In this document: piece by piece, positions 11,788-24,427 of the stretch
How positions within the stretch are numbered: the stretch's first letter is position 1
Layout: each line of letters starts with the position of its first letter
Assembly: GCF_037042905.1 (NCBI RefSeq)
Contig: NC_087251.1
Location: 1,736,001-1,798,000 of the forward strand
DNA from: Lytechinus pictus
Lineage: Eukaryota
Length of the DNA: 62,000 nt
Direction: 5' to 3'
Made by a program: the position numbers and the translations under genes
Notes under the pieces: model-generated
Seen by the model: the letters and a program-made list of their open reading frames with translations, nothing else
What the model was told of the DNA's origin: nothing
Database searches by the model: none

Positions 11788-14193
11788 ATGGCTTTTCCCT
11801 GTCCCTTTCCGAGGCGGAGGTCACAACCTCGTCTCCAGCAGGCCCAAGATAAAGGGCGTTTTAATCAACAGTTACATTTTGATCATTCTTATATTGATGG
11901 TACTTATTATAATCAAGAGTTAGAGTCAATTCAAATCAATGGAAATGAGAGAAATGAATATGTGACCGAGAGTAATTTGAGTGTCAGTCTTGATGATAAT
12001 GATTGTGATGATGATTTTGATGATGGTAGTTTAATGGGGGCTCCATACCAACCTCATCCCCTGAAGATAAGGGTAGTGCATGCTACCATATCTAGTCGTG
12101 TCAGTTCAAGTAGACCTAGAGCTTGCAGCCCTGATAAATCTGATATAGAGTTTGAGTCAATTCAAATCAATGGAAATGAGATGAATGGATATGTGACCGA
12201 GAGTGATTCAAGTATCGGTTATAATGATGATGATCTGTATGATGATTTTGATGATAATCCAATCGGGGATCCACACCAACCTCATCCCCAGACAATAAGG
12301 GCACTGCACACTACCATAACTAGCCATGTTAGTTCACACAGATCTTCTAGTAGTGCAATTACTTTTGGCTCTAGTAAACCTGATTGTAAATGTGATGATA
12401 GAATTAGCCATAGGTGTTGCCCTTTATGCCTTGCAGCTAGTCGTTCTGATTTCCAACATCATATTAGCGATTGTCCGTTTCTGCCGGAACATGAACAAAG
12501 AATGATTGCATGCGCTCGCCGGGCAATGTCGATACGCTATTGTCCAGACCAATCACGTAGCTCGAGTACTTATGATAGTCTTGATCATGATCTCATGTAT
12601 TCTGAGTTTGACACTGACAGTGACTTATCGGATGATGACATTGTTGAAGATTGTTACGATCTTGGTAGTGCTTTAGGTTCAAGTCCAAACTTGACTGCTA
12701 GGGTTTCTTTGGAACCCCTGCTTGGTACTTTTGGTTGCTTCGAGGACCTACATGAGTTAGGCAGGTCACCACATATTCAGGGAGAAGATTTCTGCAGTGA
12801 TGCGAGTGGCTCATCAGAGTTAGATGATGTTCACAACAGGGTCTGCGATCTTCCGCCACAGTCTCCAGTGGCCAGATTCTCTGAGTTGCCTAGTAAGGCT
12901 ACGTCTCCACACGTTGATGTTTTCCATGGCTCAAAGTGTGTCCGAGTATACCTGGTTAGCGGTTCCTCGGTGAATCTAATCTGTTCCTCACTTGTTAGAA
13001 ATCTTGGAGGTCTTATACTAGACACATATTGTTCTGTTACACAAAAACCGTCCTTTCCTGGTAATATTGTTGGGACCACATCTCTCACTTTTACGAGAGA
13101 AGACCAGGTCTTTCTCTTTGAAGGCTTTGTTGTAGACTCCTCAGATGTAACAATACACGCTGGCATTCCGTTCATTGCACGTCATGATATCACTATCCGT
13201 CCTGCAAGACACTGTATCGTACTCGGTGATGGACCCTCGTATACCTATGGTCCCGAGCGTACCGCACGCGCAGACAGTAAAAACTGTGTTCCACTCGTCT
13301 CCGCTAAGTTAGACAGATCGCCTCCGGTACCGCTCAGCGTCCGCGCAAATGTCTCACCTTGCTCGTTTGACAGTGTAAGATCTGCACCAACTCAATCACC
13401 TGGCGCAGACAGCTTGTCCGTGGACCAGCCCACCCGACATCTTGACCCTGATGCTGCATGTCAGCATAGGCAGATTGAACTGGCTTCAACTCCTAGCCAA
13501 CAAGTATCCAGCATCACTCTTATCGACGTCAAGGTTGATTGCCCTAGGCCTGTTCATCTTGCTAACAAGCAATCTTCAGAAAGTCGCCAGCTAACCCCAG
13601 ACACGTCAACTTATCAGCTTGCTGACAACTCGCTTGGACTCAACTGCAATAGCAGTGCCACTCCTCTCCTGCACAGTAGACCCTCCTCTCTTCCCTATTC
13701 CATCCCGGTTGAGGACCCTCCTGGTCGTCCTCCAGATTCTGTCAGTAGAGCGCTGTCCTGCCCTCTTCACCTATCTGATCCACCTGACGGTCAACCTTTC
13801 TCGGATAGGCCTTGTAGTCGACATCTTCCCAACAGCTTTCCCACTTCTCAGTTTGACAGAGGAGAGAATAACAACGATGATGATGAGGCCACTGTGTACT
13901 CCCTCATTGGTGGTTCCACTGATGTCCCTCGTGCAACAAAGGTCATAGATCCTCCTGGCCCCCTGCCAGGTGCTCCCGATAGACATGATGTATTTGACGT
14001 TGTCTCCCCAAGCGATGCATCTCGTTACCCCTCTGATGTCACTTCCCGTGATCATCCTCTATGGGCCTTCGCGTCTCCAATCTCACACAGAGCACCTAGT
14101 GCAGAGCTTCGTCCCGTCCACTTCACATGTTTATTCGTAGGGCTCCATTCTGGCCGCCCACCGGACATTAACTCTATGCCCCTGAGCTTATGA
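11788..14193 (+). CDS. 801-aa Gag/protease-derived ORF of the LTR element (protease catalytic Asp lost)
   Basis: Uninterrupted ORF; CPLC..H...C knuckle-like motif; retropepsin-like segment VRVYLVSGSSVNLI...IHAGIPF with V in place of the D of DSG; no YxDD, RNase H or integrase motifs. Confidence 0.75.
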   Translation: MAFPCPFPRRRSQPRLQQAQDKGRFNQQLHFDHSYIDGTYYNQELESIQINGNERNEYVTESNLSVSLDDNDCDDDFDDGSLMGAPYQPHPLKIRVVHATISSRVSSSRPRACSPDKSDIEFESIQINGNEMNGYVTESDSSIGYNDDDLYDDFDDNPIGDPHQPHPQTIRALHTTITSHVSSHRSSSSAITFGSSKPDCKCDDRISHRCCPLCLAASRSDFQHHISDCPFLPEHEQRMIACARRAMSIRYCPDQSRSSSTYDSLDHDLMYSEFDTDSDLSDDDIVEDCYDLGSALGSSPNLTARVSLEPLLGTFGCFEDLHELGRSPHIQGEDFCSDASGSSELDDVHNRVCDLPPQSPVARFSELPSKATSPHVDVFHGSKCVRVYLVSGSSVNLICSSLVRNLGGLILDTYCSVTQKPSFPGNIVGTTSLTFTREDQVFLFEGFVVDSSDVTIHAGIPFIARHDITIRPARHCIVLGDGPSYTYGPERTARADSKNCVPLVSAKLDRSPPVPLSVRANVSPCSFDSVRSAPTQSPGADSLSVDQPTRHLDPDAACQHRQIELASTPSQQVSSITLIDVKVDCPRPVHLANKQSSESRQLTPDTSTYQLADNSLGLNCNSSATPLLHSRPSSLPYSIPVEDPPGRPPDSVSRALSCPLHLSDPPDGQPFSDRPCSRHLPNSFPTSQFDRGENNNDDDEATVYSLIGGSTDVPRATKVIDPPGPLPGAPDRHDVFDVVSPSDASRYPSDVTSRDHPLWAFASPISHRAPSAELRPVHFTCLFVGLHSGRPPDINSMPLSL

Positions 14194-16094
14194 GTCCCAC
14201 CTACAGCCTTGGCCCTGAGTGCTTTCCTCCACAACATTGAAAATGTGAACTTTCTATATAGAGACTGAATTTTTGGCTTAACATCTTTATTGTAGACTAT
14301 AGACACCAGATGGACATTTATTGCATTACTTTCCTTTTTCTGCCTTTTGTGAGTTTAATGTTTTATATGTATTCTGTATTTGTGTCCATTTGTGTCATTA
14401 AAGTTTGTTTATTTCTGTCTTTAAAGATTGTTCATGATGTGCGTAAAAGAATTTTGTACTTTTGCCATTTACTTTGATGCTTTTCCTTCTTGTTCGCGCT
14501 TTTATTTAGTGCTGGACTGGTGTGCGCTGTGTGTGGGTGAATTTGATGAATGAGGTGATTGTGTTCCTACATTTGTATTCTTTATTGGAAAGCCAAGAGT
14601 GAGATATTAAGAATAATTTATATTATTTTTGTATGTCTTTTAGTTTGTTTGCATCTGTGTTTGTGGAACATCATTTGTTTTAGATGATTGCATGTACAGT
14701 CCTACATGCTGCAGGTAGCTTTATTGTTTATGTATTTCAGTTGTTTCACTCTTAGCGAGATGAGAGGGTACCCAATGTACTTTAAGTTATATGTTTATGT
14801 TATTTATATGAACAGTTTTATTGTGTCTAATTATGTTCATGATAAGTAATGCTTTATATTACTGGGTGTGTTGGTTCCCCTTTATTTGTCACACCCTCCT
14901 CATACTTTTTTTGCTTATATGTGCACTTATAGTTAACGTTATATAATGAATGTGCGAACAGTTGTTTATCCTTTGTAGTGTATATTATAAACACTATTGA
15001 ATAGTGGGAGGTGGAATAGTGATAAGAAGTTGCTATTTTGACAGTTAAGAAAGGAGATGAATGTTATAAAAGGCGCTGATTTTGTTTGGATTCATGATTT
15101 TGCTATTGTATATGACAACATATATGCATGAAATTTCTTTATTTCGTTATATTGTTGGATATATATATTTTAAGCCAAACTTAGAACCAGTTATTTTGTT
15201 GGGGTACATACATTGAGTGTATTATATTAGGTTATACCAGTTACTTGATTATTTCCCTTTTACTGATATAAGTGTATGTTTGTTAATTCCCTTCATATAT
15301 TACTAGTTGAAGTATCAGTTATGCATGTCAACTGCCTTGCACCGATTTCTAATCAACTACATTTAATATGTGTGGAATATTTGTGAATTTGTTGAATGTG
15401 GCCCATTATGCGTGGATCGGTTGGTGTTTGCTGATTTTATTACACTACTTTATGAACGTGTTTTGGGATCATATTGGATTTTAGGTTATATGCTGTACAT
15501 TGGTAGGGTTGTTGATTGCATAGCTTTTTATAATTTTTTTTTAAAACTTTATCATGCAGTGTATCCATGTGACACTTGTATATGCATTTACATGTATACC
15601 CTTACCATTTTAGGTTTATTTGCGAAATTGTCTTTGGTCATCAAACCAACAAATGGGGCAGGTTGAGAGTGTTATATGGATGTTTCGTTAAGATGTTTTG
15701 AGTTTAGGATTATGTAGCTACTTTTTCTATTTCATTACAGGAAGCATAGTGTATAAAGTTGTATCGTTTAATGTATCAGTTTATGGGCAGAAATCATTAC
15801 CATTTGATTGGTTAACATGATATTCAAATCTATCAATATGTTTTGGGTTTATTGCTGCACTTACCCATGTAAACTTTGGATAGGATTAAGGTATCAGGAA
15901 TAGTTAATTGTTGACTTTAATTTACCAAGTCAATTTACCTTACTATGATTGAAGGTCTGATGCGATAAGTTGGACTATGGTATTTAGCAAGTTTGATCTG
16001 TTTTACACTCCCGACATGTATGTCTTTTAAGTTAGTTTGTTTGTTGCTTATAGATTTCTTTTATTGTGAAAAAAAGAAAGAAGAAAAGTGGTTG

Positions 16095-16287
16095 CGCCAT
16101 AGTGTTATGTTGTATGCCGCCCACTTGCGGCCTATGTTTTATAGGCATGTTATTATTGTTCATTCGGGTCGAGTATTCGCCCCTTCCGGCCGGCAGCTTG
16201 CGTTGCGTGAGTATGTTGAATAAATGCTTAAACATTATTCCATTGTGACTGGTTGTCCATCTTTGTAGTAGTCTCTTAATAATGGCG
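16095..16287 (+). repeat. 3' LTR
   Basis: Identical to the 5' LTR; preceded by a polypurine tract. Confidence 0.92.
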
Positions 16288-17486
16288 TTTAAAACATTGT
16301 GCTTTTTGTGTAAGTAAAAATCTAACGCCATTGTGCATTGCTGCCCTCTGTCGGGCAGGGTTGTATATGTTACACATGCGAATCGATGTCATCGGCCCTT
16401 ATCCGGCCAGCTCTGTGTAGAGGTACAATGTCATTAAAATATAGACCATAAGATTATTGTGATTGACGTCTAATCATTTAATGGTTTAACAGTTAATTTT
16501 AGTTCCTTGCCCTTGGTCATGTTGGATGGGTGACACGAAAGACGGTCTTTGGAAAGACCCTTTCGTACAATTGTCCCCATGAATGATTGAAGGGCATCCA
16601 CTGATCTATATCGATCTGTCACCCATGCCGTCAATACAATAAATAGATCAACTATAGATATGCCACTGTGACATTGCCATAAAAAACAATGTGTTTTCAT
16701 GTCTGCACATCCACTATTAGTATTACCTACACATGATTCAGGCATTTTCAATGAAAGTGCTGTATTTTGAGGCCTTTAAGTTTAATTACCATGTTTACAT
16801 GAGCTGAAAATGAAATTCAATATCATTTCACCACTTTAACTCAGATTTTCTTTCAACGTTAGCCTTCTTCAATGTCTTGCTTGTTGCATGTTCACTTTTT
16901 GCAGACTACATGTCTTTATATCTTTATATTACTGTTTATTATACTGCATCTACTGGAAAAATACTGTTGTTTCTGTAGTCTTCTTCAGTTTCAAAATTGC
17001 AATGATCTGCATATTGGCACTGAAGACTGCCACAGTGCCACCACACCATGTATGAGTTAAGATTGTAGTCTGCAAAAAGTGAACTTGAGATGAAAAATTG
17101 AAACATGAATTTCTTTTTTTTAGAATTCTTCAAACACATTAGTTGATGATCTGTGCTCTTTCATTTCATCAAATTTTAAACCTTGGCGTGTCATTTTAAG
17201 TTTGAAAAAAAAGAATAAACATTGTAGCTACTAGCTACAGTAGCTACCTGTAGTTATTCATCATACATGTATGCCTTGTTCCATGAATGAATTTTCCCCC
17301 TATTTTTCCAAAGAGTAGAATAATGTAAGATTGTGTGATCCATTTCTGAATTTCTACCAAAAGCCTTTAGGGGATAGCAGGCCTTTAACAGTATAGAAAA
17401 TACAAAATGCAAATGATGATAAAAAATACTCACTGCACCATTTTGTTTATTTCTTTCTGTAGGTATAATCGAGGCAAGCCTTCAAC

Positions 17487-18317
17487 ATGGCACCTTTCAC
17501 CAATCCAGTATTGCAGTCATTCCTCAGTGTTGCAGTGCCCTTGGCAGTATTGGTCTTGATCGTTCACTCTGGGTTATTCGACAGTATAAAAGTGGAGAAG
17601 GGTTATGACAATTATGCCGAGCCAGCAGATTCTAAGCTCGGTCCGATACCCTTCCCCAGCTGCATTAAAATGCCAGCAAATGCCTTGGTGAATATTGGAT
17701 ACATGCTTGTTGCTATCTACTGGGGAATCTATATATTTATTTCCAATAACCAACTGACATCAATTCAGAATATGGATGCATATTTGATGTATGTTCTGGT
17801 GTGGATGATGTTTCTTTACGCTCCTGTCCAATTTGCAAGGATCATTACTCAGAAGCAAGAGTGGGCCATTCTGGATCAGTGGGTGACATTACCTATATTT
17901 GCATGGGTGATGGTGACATGCAAGACATTATTGACTGATTGGCAACCCAAATTTGTGGTGCTCACAATCTTGGCATCCCTCATGAGCTACAATCTTGTGT
18001 TTACAATGGAGCAGGGTTTTGATATTGCTCTACTACCCCATATTGTGTATGCTGTCTCTGCCAGTTGGGACCTCTGTTCAAAATACACACCTCCAGGCTA
18101 CAGAAGGGACTTTGGTATGGCTGTATTGATGTGCGCTGGCTTTGTAGTCCTGAAAGTGTGTGACTTTCATCTTGCTCAGTTTTGGATTTTTCAAGAGCTC
18201 ACTGGTCATTTTTGGTCAAAGATCTGTGATGCTCTTCAGGCCTACTTTGCTTTGCAAGTGCTCTTCAAAGTTAGTCTTATCAGGGGGGCAAGAAATCTAG
18301 CTAAAAAGTTGTTTTGA
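17487..18317 (+). CDS. TMEM187: Transmembrane protein 187 (276 aa, single coding exon)
   Basis: Multi-pass hydrophobic ORF with TMEM187-family motifs (GLFDSIKVEKGYDNYAE, MPANALVNIGY, ILDQWVTLPIF, GFVVLKVCD, LTGHFWSKICD). A polypyrimidine-AG acceptor ends at 17462, implying an upstream 5'UTR exon. AATAAA signals at ~18375-18390. Confidence 0.92.
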   Translation: MAPFTNPVLQSFLSVAVPLAVLVLIVHSGLFDSIKVEKGYDNYAEPADSKLGPIPFPSCIKMPANALVNIGYMLVAIYWGIYIFISNNQLTSIQNMDAYLMYVLVWMMFLYAPVQFARIITQKQEWAILDQWVTLPIFAWVMVTCKTLLTDWQPKFVVLTILASLMSYNLVFTMEQGFDIALLPHIVYAVSASWDLCSKYTPPGYRRDFGMAVLMCAGFVVLKVCDFHLAQFWIFQELTGHFWSKICDALQAYFALQVLFKVSLIRGARNLAKKLF

Positions 18318-19282
18318 GAAGTATATGTTGACTTGTGCCATAACAAAATTGAATAGACAATTAAAGACAAAGGCAATAAATCCAATAAATAATATACTAT
18401 TAAATAGTAGATCATGATCCAAAATTATTCAGAACTAGACCATCATTGACATATGCCCTTTTAGTATATTTTTACTATATAAAAATTAGCCTAGCTGGTT
18501 TTTTTTTTAAACTCCATGTGCCATGTTTTAAAAAAGGTGTTAGTTATAGGTGATTATCAAAAAGGATTATCAAGATTTAGGCCTTCATGGGATATGATTT
18601 GAATGTGTGATTGATGTTTTTTGTGAGTGTTGTTTATACATTTAACATGTGGGTTCCATCATTTGCACATAGACATATAAAGAGAATTCTAGAAATATCT
18701 TTGATAATGCGTTGACAAATCATTTGAAGATAATCTCATCATTTTTGTAGATTCTAAAGATATTGTGTTATATATAGAATTGAAAAAAAAATGTCTTGAA
18801 AATGTAATTCCCATTACATTCCTACATTCCAAGTCAATAATGAATTACAGATTTGCATTCCATTTAATCCACCACTTGCCTGAGAATCTATCAAAGAATA
18901 ATGTGATATTGTGTACATCAAAATAATAGTGTACATGTAGTTTGGTGACACAGGATGCAGTTGTCATTTTGAAGTGATATTTATACTGCAATGCTCTTGT
19001 TGATCAGTATTTTCCCTTTATTATGATGCACCTACAACCCCACTGTTCATTCACTATTATAGTTAGTGAAATGTTATTTTAAATTTCCAGTTCATGAGTT
19101 GCAGCTTGCATGTACGTGTGATATGTAGGTAACCCCCCCCCCCAAAAAAAAAAGGGAAAAAAAAGATAATAATACTGTGCACTGCAGTGTGTTATTGTGA
19201 CAATTAAAGTATATTATGATTAAATAATGATTACTGGAATTATATAGCACCTTTTGCAGAGGATACAAACCACATCTATTAC

Positions 19283-19455
19283 AATTATTTATTATTACCA
19301 TGGATTTTAGACCAAGCTGCCAGTTCCAGCGATTGGTGCATTCAAGGAATAAATCCTACCCATTCACTACACCTTGGTTGAGTGCTGCACAGTGTGGATC
19401 AATTTATTGCTAAAGGGAAACCTGACATAGCTGGGATTCAAACCCAGGGCTTTAA
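19283..19455 (-). mobile_element. Degenerate tRNA-derived SINE fragment
   Basis: Minus strand shows B-box-like GGGTTTGAATCCC followed by a ccacactgtgcagcactcaacc-type core and a TAATAATAA end. Confidence 0.4.
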
Positions 19456-22400
19456 TGTTTTAAAGGTGATAATTTACAATTACATAGCTAACAGTGTGGT
19501 TTTCATAAATTTGAGATATACCATATTTAACTGATATTGTGACTGAGATAGGAAATGCTTATATTTGATTTTTCAGTTCCCATACTCAGACAAAATAATT
19601 GGTAGGCTTAACAAAAACATTTTGAGCATAACAACTTGTCAGTGTTTCTGAACTTCAATTCTGTGTCCAAATACAATTTGATCCATCAAGCCACATATGA
19701 GTGATCTGATCATGCACTTATGGCTTTTTTTTTTGGGTTAAAAGGTTAATGTTTAACCATGTTCAGAGTTATTTTTTAAAGCATTTTAGCTGTTTATGCT
19801 CATTGAATATTGATATTAGAATTATCTCTTTATAGTTATACATATACAACAATTGACAGCATTTTTGGTAGCTTCATGTTAGTCTTATTGGATAAAAAAT
19901 AGAATCTAGATTGATTCAGCAATTCTGAATTCAAGAAAGCTGAACATTAATTTGAGCAGTTTGAACTGACCTTAAAAAAAATTATTATATAAGTGTAATG
20001 TAGGCCTACTGTAGTTGCATAATATGAATATCATACACTGTAGTTAAATTTGTACTTCCACAGGATGATTTTACTTTATCCTGGCTGAATGTGTCTTTCT
20101 CTTCTACTTTGAAAGAAGAATGTATTAATTTTAGACATACAGGTATTTATTGTATGGATTCAGATATATATTTTGTACTTTTGTAATATTTTATTATAAA
20201 TTTCAAGAATTTACATGTATATATGTAAATACAATGTCAAAAATGTAAATTGACCTGTAATTTCATTATCTTTACTATCTTTGCTGTGTAAGTTTTGTTT
20301 ATGTATTTATTGAAGTAAAGTGAGAATTGTAGAAGATAACACAAATATGAAAATATGAATTAAGTCACGATGTCATTATTGTAGTGTCAGTCAAATTATA
20401 TTCTTGCAACCATCAATAATATCAATAGATGGATAGAGCTAAATAAGGCCAAATAAGTACTCCAAAAGGTCAAGCGCCCACAAAGTTCGATACTTTTTTC
20501 TATATATTGCTTGTGCATATACATTGTATATGCGTACATGAAGTACTTTACGCGTGGGTATGGCTCCGTGTGCTGTTAATTGTGTACTTGGACTCTTGGA
20601 ATACTTTTCCTTTGCCTCAAGGTCGTGTGCGCGGCAGCGCACAACGAGCTCCATTCAGCTTATTAATATTGATGCTTGCAACCTACATGTTTGGATTACC
20701 AGAAAAGGAAGAAAGGATAGAAACAAACAATAAACAAAGAACATTAATTAAATGCATTTGTTTAAAATTGAATCCCCAAATGGATCAGATTAAAGTGAAT
20801 GTACTATATGGACAGATCATTAATTGATTAATAAATGAATTAAGGAATAAAAAATGGATGAGGAATGAATGGATTAATGAAAAAAAATGGAAGTATTGAG
20901 GATAAGTGAATAGGTGGATATATGTAGATGAATAAATAAAGGAATAAATGCATGGATGAAGGAATTGATGAATGAATGAGTAATAAATTTAATGGACATA
21001 TGAAGGAATGAATAAAAAAAAAGTTAAAGTAATCAATATTTAATGAAGGAATTACGTAATGAATGAATGAAAGACAAAAGTAAATGAATGGATGGGTGGG
21101 TGAGTGCAGGAATACATTGATGAAATGGAGGACTGAATGCAATATGGATAAATTTGTTGAATTTTTAGGTGGGACAGGGGCATTGCAATTTTATTTTTAA
21201 GGAAAAGAGACAAAACGGCTATAAGGTGACGCCATTTATTTCCCTAAATGGAGGTATACAATTACATATTAGTTGTGTATGCGAACAATCGATTTTAAAC
21301 AGCCATTTGAAAAAGCTAGCAAGCAGAGTTTCATCAATTTGTAGTGCAAAGTATTTTGGGCAATATTACAGAGAACAAAACTGAAAAAAGTTACAACTAT
21401 TGAATTCATTTTTTTTGTGCAATCCAAAGACAAAAAGGTTTCAAAATTTTAAGTGTCCCGACCCCCCCCCCCCAATCTAGATGGTTATGTAGATGATGAT
21501 GGTGATGATGAGAATGAGGATATGATAATGATAATAATGATATAAGGATGGTAATAAAGATGATACTAATATGGACTCGATGACGATGACATTGACAATG
21601 AGGGATCAACAGGTGTGAGGAAGGATGAATTCCAAGAAGAATTTCATTTTTTAAAGTCAAGCAAGCAGAGAAATGGGAATAGATACACCCCCTCCCCCAT
21701 CCATGGCCCCCAGCTTCGAATGTACTGGACAAGTACTGGAGTACAACAACAAAATAAGGATGGTAATAAAGATTCCTATTCACCTCAGAGGGAGGAAGTG
21801 CTTTGTGCGCTAATAACTATTCAACCCCGGGCTATTCAACAATGCAGCAACCAGCTGTAGATCTGGGGGATCAGATCGATGAGGAAGAAGAAGATAAAAA
21901 AACAAGGCACACCTAACGTTAGTTACCAAGAATGCATAATAGCATTTCCAAAATTTTTTTAAATATTTTTTTTAATCAAATTTTATTTCTTCCTCATTAT
22001 ATTTAGCATGTGAAATATACATTAATATACATTTCACTAACAATTTATAATCACAAATTAAGGGAATGAATCTTCTACAAATTCTAAAAATAAAACTAGT
22101 ATGCGGAATCTAGGCTCCCTGGGATGAATACCATTAAAATCAAAATAATTTTGAGGAAGTTATAAAATTAAAAACACACACTCAGCCACGCTTCACCCCC
22201 CCCCCTCTCCCTTCACCTGATGAAGACTAAGAAGAGTGCATACAAAAAACACAAACAAAGAAAATAAAACCCAAAACAGAAAAAAAAAATCGATATCGAT
22301 ACCAGCCCTAATGCCTATCGATATTTTAAATTTTGCGGAGAACCAGCTGAGAACCCCTGCATGCATATGCGTTTCCGTTTTACACCCTGGCGAAGGCATT

Positions 22401-22699
22401 TCCCGGAAAAATAGCCACAAAGCGACCAGTGAAGAGTCTACGTCTACGTTTGTTTACATAATCAGCTGGGCGCGCGATCCAAAAGTCAGCACCGAAGATA
22501 TCCCCAGAACATACGTGCAAATGCAGCTGAGCTTATAGACCAAAAGCTCAGTCTCTGTATTTGGTTGTTCCGCTGAACTATATACGTTGGCTTCATGATT
22601 TTGTTTTACTTTATCGCACATGATCGTTTATATGAATGAAAACGAATAATAGCTAAAATATTGAAAAATAAAACACATAAGTACCTTTTTTTCATATTA

Positions 22700-23417
22700 T
22701 ATCTATCCTTATATCTATCATATCTGTCTATCCACTATCTATGTTATAAATCAATCTATGGAACTACATGATATATCTATCTGTTAATTTGTCTATCTAC
22801 TCTGTCTCTCTCATTCTCCATCTACCTATCTGTCTATCTATCTATCCATCTAACATCTATCTCTCAAATTCTCTATCTATCCATCTGTCTCTCTTTTATT
22901 TCTCTCTATCCATCTATTAATCAACTCATATGCAATATTAACACTGCTTCGACTTCCTTCGGGAGTCTATTTCCTCAGCTCTACTTTTCCCTTTTTTGTG
23001 CTCGATTCGATTCAATTACTACTTTATTTACTTCTTACCATTGTTAAATGTCTTGTATTGCATAATGAGTTTTTTTTCTGAAGGTTTCCTCCCGGGGTTG
23101 CCTCCTATTCTCTTTCAAATTCCACCTCTTGTTTTCCCTTCTCTTTGTCTTATCCCAATTTCTTTCCCTTCTCTCACCTCTTTCTTCTTAATCTTTCATT
23201 CCGCTTTTTTCTTCTTTGGTGACACTTTGTAGTACTTTTGGCCTTTTGTATTTATTTATGATACATTTCTTTTTCATCTGTATGAATTTGTATTGTATTT
23301 GATATTTATTTATAATGTTTACTTTACATTTTGTTATGATTCTATTTGTATGTAAACATTCACTTATTTCAGTCTTTGACTGCTTGTGATTGTATTTTGA
23401 TAGTTTTTATTGCAATA

Positions 23418-23465
<48 letters not shown>

Positions 23466-24241
23466 ATATTCTCTCTATCTATCCATCTGTCTGTCTTTTT
23501 CTCTCTCTCTGTTTCTCTCTATCCGTCTATCTATCTCTCGAATTCTCTCTATTCATCTGTCTGTCTGTCTCTCAAATTCTCTCTCTCTCTCTCTCTATCC
23601 ATCTGTCTGTCTTTTTCTCTCTATCCGTCTATATATCTATCTCTCAAATTATATCTATATCTATCTATCTATCTATCTATGTAACTGCAGTATCTATCTA
23701 TCTGTTAATCTTCTCTGTCTCTCTCATTCTATATCTATCTAACATCTATTTATCTATCTATCTCTCTCTCTCTCTCTATCTATCCATCTGTCTTTCTCTA
23801 GTTCTCTCTCTCTCTATCAATCTATCTATCTATCTTCTATCTATCTATCTATATGTAACTGCAGTATCTATTTATCTGTTAATTTGTCGCTCTTCTCTGT
23901 CTCTCTCATTCTTTATTTATCTAACATCTATCTATCTCTCAAATTCTCTCCCTCTCTCTCCCACTCTCTCTATCTATCCATCTTTCTGTCTTTCTCTCTC
24001 TCTATCTATCTATCTTCTATCTATCTATTTATTTATCTATCTCTCAAATTCTTTCTCTATCTATCTATGTAACTACAGTATCTATCTATCTGTTAATTTG
24101 TCTATCTTCTCTGTCTCTCTCATTCTTTATCTATCTAGCTAACATCTATCTATCTCTCAGATTTTCTATCTCTCTCCCCCTCTATCTATCCATCTGTCTG
24201 TCTTTTCTCTCTCTCTCTCTATTTCTCTTTATCCGTCCATA

Positions 24242-24276
<35 letters not shown>

Positions 24277-24358
24277 AAACATCTCTCTATCTCTGAGTTC
24301 TCTCCCCCCATCTATCTATCTATCCATCTCTCTGTCTTTCTCTCTCTCTCTCTCTACT

Positions 24359-24403
<45 letters not shown>

Positions 24404-24420
24404 GTCTCTATCTATTTATC
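22700..24420. repeat. Compound (TCTA)n/(CT)n/(TA)n microsatellite region
   Basis: Long degenerate TCTA/CT runs; (TA)n at ~23426-23462. Confidence 0.92.
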
Positions 24421-24427
24421 AGTCTTA

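Larger units (their letters stand above)
11433..16287 (+). mobile_element. Non-autonomous Gypsy-derived LTR retroelement with identical LTRs
   Basis: Identical 193-bp direct repeats at 11433-11625 and 16095-16287; PBS TGGTGGCAGC immediately after the 5' LTR; purine tract 16068-16088 before the 3' LTR; gag/protease-like ORF. Confidence 0.9.

Noticed and set aside
16339..16354. CTCF-like motif TGCTGCCCTCTGTCGG beside the 3' LTR
   Set aside because: A single short motif that cannot be distinguished from chance without binding data.
23346..24142. 250-aa and 112-aa Leu/Ser/Ile/Tyr-rich ORFs
   Set aside because: They are translations of (TCTA)n/(CT)n microsatellite.
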